64,000 nucleotides of DNA from Balanoglossus misakiensis. Taxonomy: Eukaryota > Animalia > Hemichordata. How positions within the stretch are numbered: the first letter of the stretch is position 1; every line of letters begins with the position of its first letter. Shown here piece after piece: positions 62,268 to 64,000 of this stretch. The stretch is from positions 7,899,846 through 7,963,845 of the forward strand of contig CM082577.2 of the NCBI GenBank assembly GCA_040954595.2. The letters are read 5' to 3'. The notes under the pieces are model-generated. The model saw nothing but the letters and a program-made list of their open reading frames with translations, was not told the origin of the DNA and did not search any database. Made by a program: the position numbers and the translations under genes.

Positions 62268-62923
62268 ATGTCTACTCGGAGTCGGTTCCATCAACAGAAT
62301 GCGATGACAGAATCTCCAGAAGCCGGAGTTCAGTTATATGTTTATTGCTGTGAAGGTTTAAAGTAAGGAATATGGTTGGAATTTCTTATTTATGACGCCA
62401 TCTTCTGCAGTTGATTAATTTGTGGAGGCATTTTCCAATAGTGTAAAGATCTTGTATCGAAACGTTCTTAGCTCGAACGTGGAAAAATAAATTCGTCACA
62501 AAACGCATCAACGACTAAAAGAATAGCTTGCATTGGCTTTTTGATAGTCTATAAGTCCTCGTCACAATTTGGTCTTCACTATCGTGACTATAGACAGACA
62601 CCAAGGTGAAACGGTCAAAGCTTGACGACCGGCTCCGTGCAGGTGCTGAATCATATTACAGCAACCGCTCGCCAAATCATGGCGTATTTTAATCCCTGAG
62701 AAGTAGTCACTAACACTACTTGCATAAATTTCACTCCATTTCTTTCAGGGTTTTCTTGTTTGTCCTCGGCGTGCTCGTCGCCATTGTTATCGTGATGTAT
62801 ATTCTGTATCGCTGCTCTTGTAAACTTCTGGATCGCTGTAATGAGGTCGCCCCAGAAACGGTAGAGGTCCAGTCAGTAGATGTTTCCACCACCCCAGACG
62901 GGGAATGTCCCGCACGGACATGA
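62268..62923 (+). CDS. Small single-pass membrane protein, 89 aa (exons 62268-62362, 62749-62923)
   Basis: The phase-2 donor aa|gtaagg joins acceptor tttcag|g in frame, giving MSTRSRFHQQNAMTESPEAGVQLYVYCCEGLKVFLFVLGVLVAIVIVMYILYRCSCKLLDRCNEVAPETVEVQSVDVSTTPDGECPART*. Confidence 0.6.
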
Positions 62924-64000
62924 AAACTGCGAACTTTGTGCTATTTTGCTGTGTGTTGCAGTTTTGTCGTTTTATTGCTTATTTACGTTTTCTGTTTTGG
63001 TATACGTATTTTCATTTCTTACTAGAAACTGATTGCACTTCCGAATTCGTCTTGAGCATGGTCAACTTTGGCCAATTTCGATGGTTGAAAGTCCTTTCAC
63101 CAGTCTGATGGACGTTTCAGGTCACGTGATTGACGCAGAGACGAAGTCTATTAATTTATCTTCGTATCCATGGCGTCGGGTATTTTGACCTGCGTATAGT
63201 CTTTCTGTTTCCGCTCCTTCCATTGTAACATGCTGGAATGAATAGAATCATTGGATAAACGAATCAATGAATTATGAGACGCAAATATCAGTATCAGAGA
63301 TACTCAATGAATGTTAAAGTTCAACTGTATCGCATCCCTTAAGCAAGTTCATTGACTATACCTTAACGAATGAGAATATATTGTCATATTTTTATATGTA
63401 CAGACTTTAAACCAGTGGAGTGTTAACTGGTATAGTCTCCAACACTGAATCAACGACATGAGAAATGATTCTAGTACTATATTGTGTCTATATTCATCTG
63501 ATTGTTAATTGGTTGTATATTACTAGTAAGTAATGTTTTGCACCCATGGCCGTCGCTCTGGCAAGTCAGGTTTAATCGACTTTCTTAATATTTCTTGATG
63601 CATCCAATTCAGTAATACAACGAAGATGAACACACAGACATACTTAAAAAAAACATTTACGCACACAAGAACATGCGCAAGTTCACACATACCCTATCAG
63701 GAAGATTCCCGCGCATAACGTGGCAGCCAGGCAGATAAAAGCGAATCCCGAAAAATATACCAAGGTGGCGGCGTATATTGCATTGAACGCAGACGGCGCT
63801 ATGAAGTTGGCCACGCCCTCCACACACCCTACACATGCGAATAGTACACCTGTACATAGGGAGAGATATACACGTTACCGACAAAATATATTCCAAACCA
63901 CTTAGGCGAAATTATTTTTGCCAACCGAGTTTGGCTCCCCTTAAACATGATATATCGTGAATAATAAAAGCATTTCTTTCATCCACTACTGGTGTAGTGC

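Overview
Eukaryotic, intron-rich, AT-rich animal DNA. It looks like a marine invertebrate deuterostome, possibly a hemichordate; this is inferred from gene content and repeat style only. I assembled exon chains by hand from GT-AG sites and frame continuity. In order the genes are: 3' end of LYRM1 (+); a flavin monoamine-oxidase-like gene with two duplicated alternative last exons (+); a GPI-type Ly6/uPAR three-finger gene (+); NUDCD3 (-); a large MICAL-like gene (CH-LIM-NPF-bMERB, +); EVG1/C22orf23 (-); TRMT10B with an intron-free CDS (+); a CHST-family sulfotransferase (-); two tandem paralogous secreted proteins (-) built as signal peptide, KR-ending propeptide, four beta-defensin-like six-Cys modules, a beta-rich domain and a degenerate vWD domain; a FAM20-like probable Golgi pseudokinase (-); and a small single-pass membrane protein (+). 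Repeats include a PIF/Harbinger-type MITE, piggyBac-like micro-MITEs, hairpin MITEs, a ~230-bp tandem array and microsatellites. The most novel-looking items are the defensin-repeat/vWD gene pair (with signs of exon-level gene conversion), the MAO last-exon switch (soluble Tyr form versus tail-anchored Phe form) and the FAM20-like pseudokinase. No database searches were run; family calls rest on remembered motifs.
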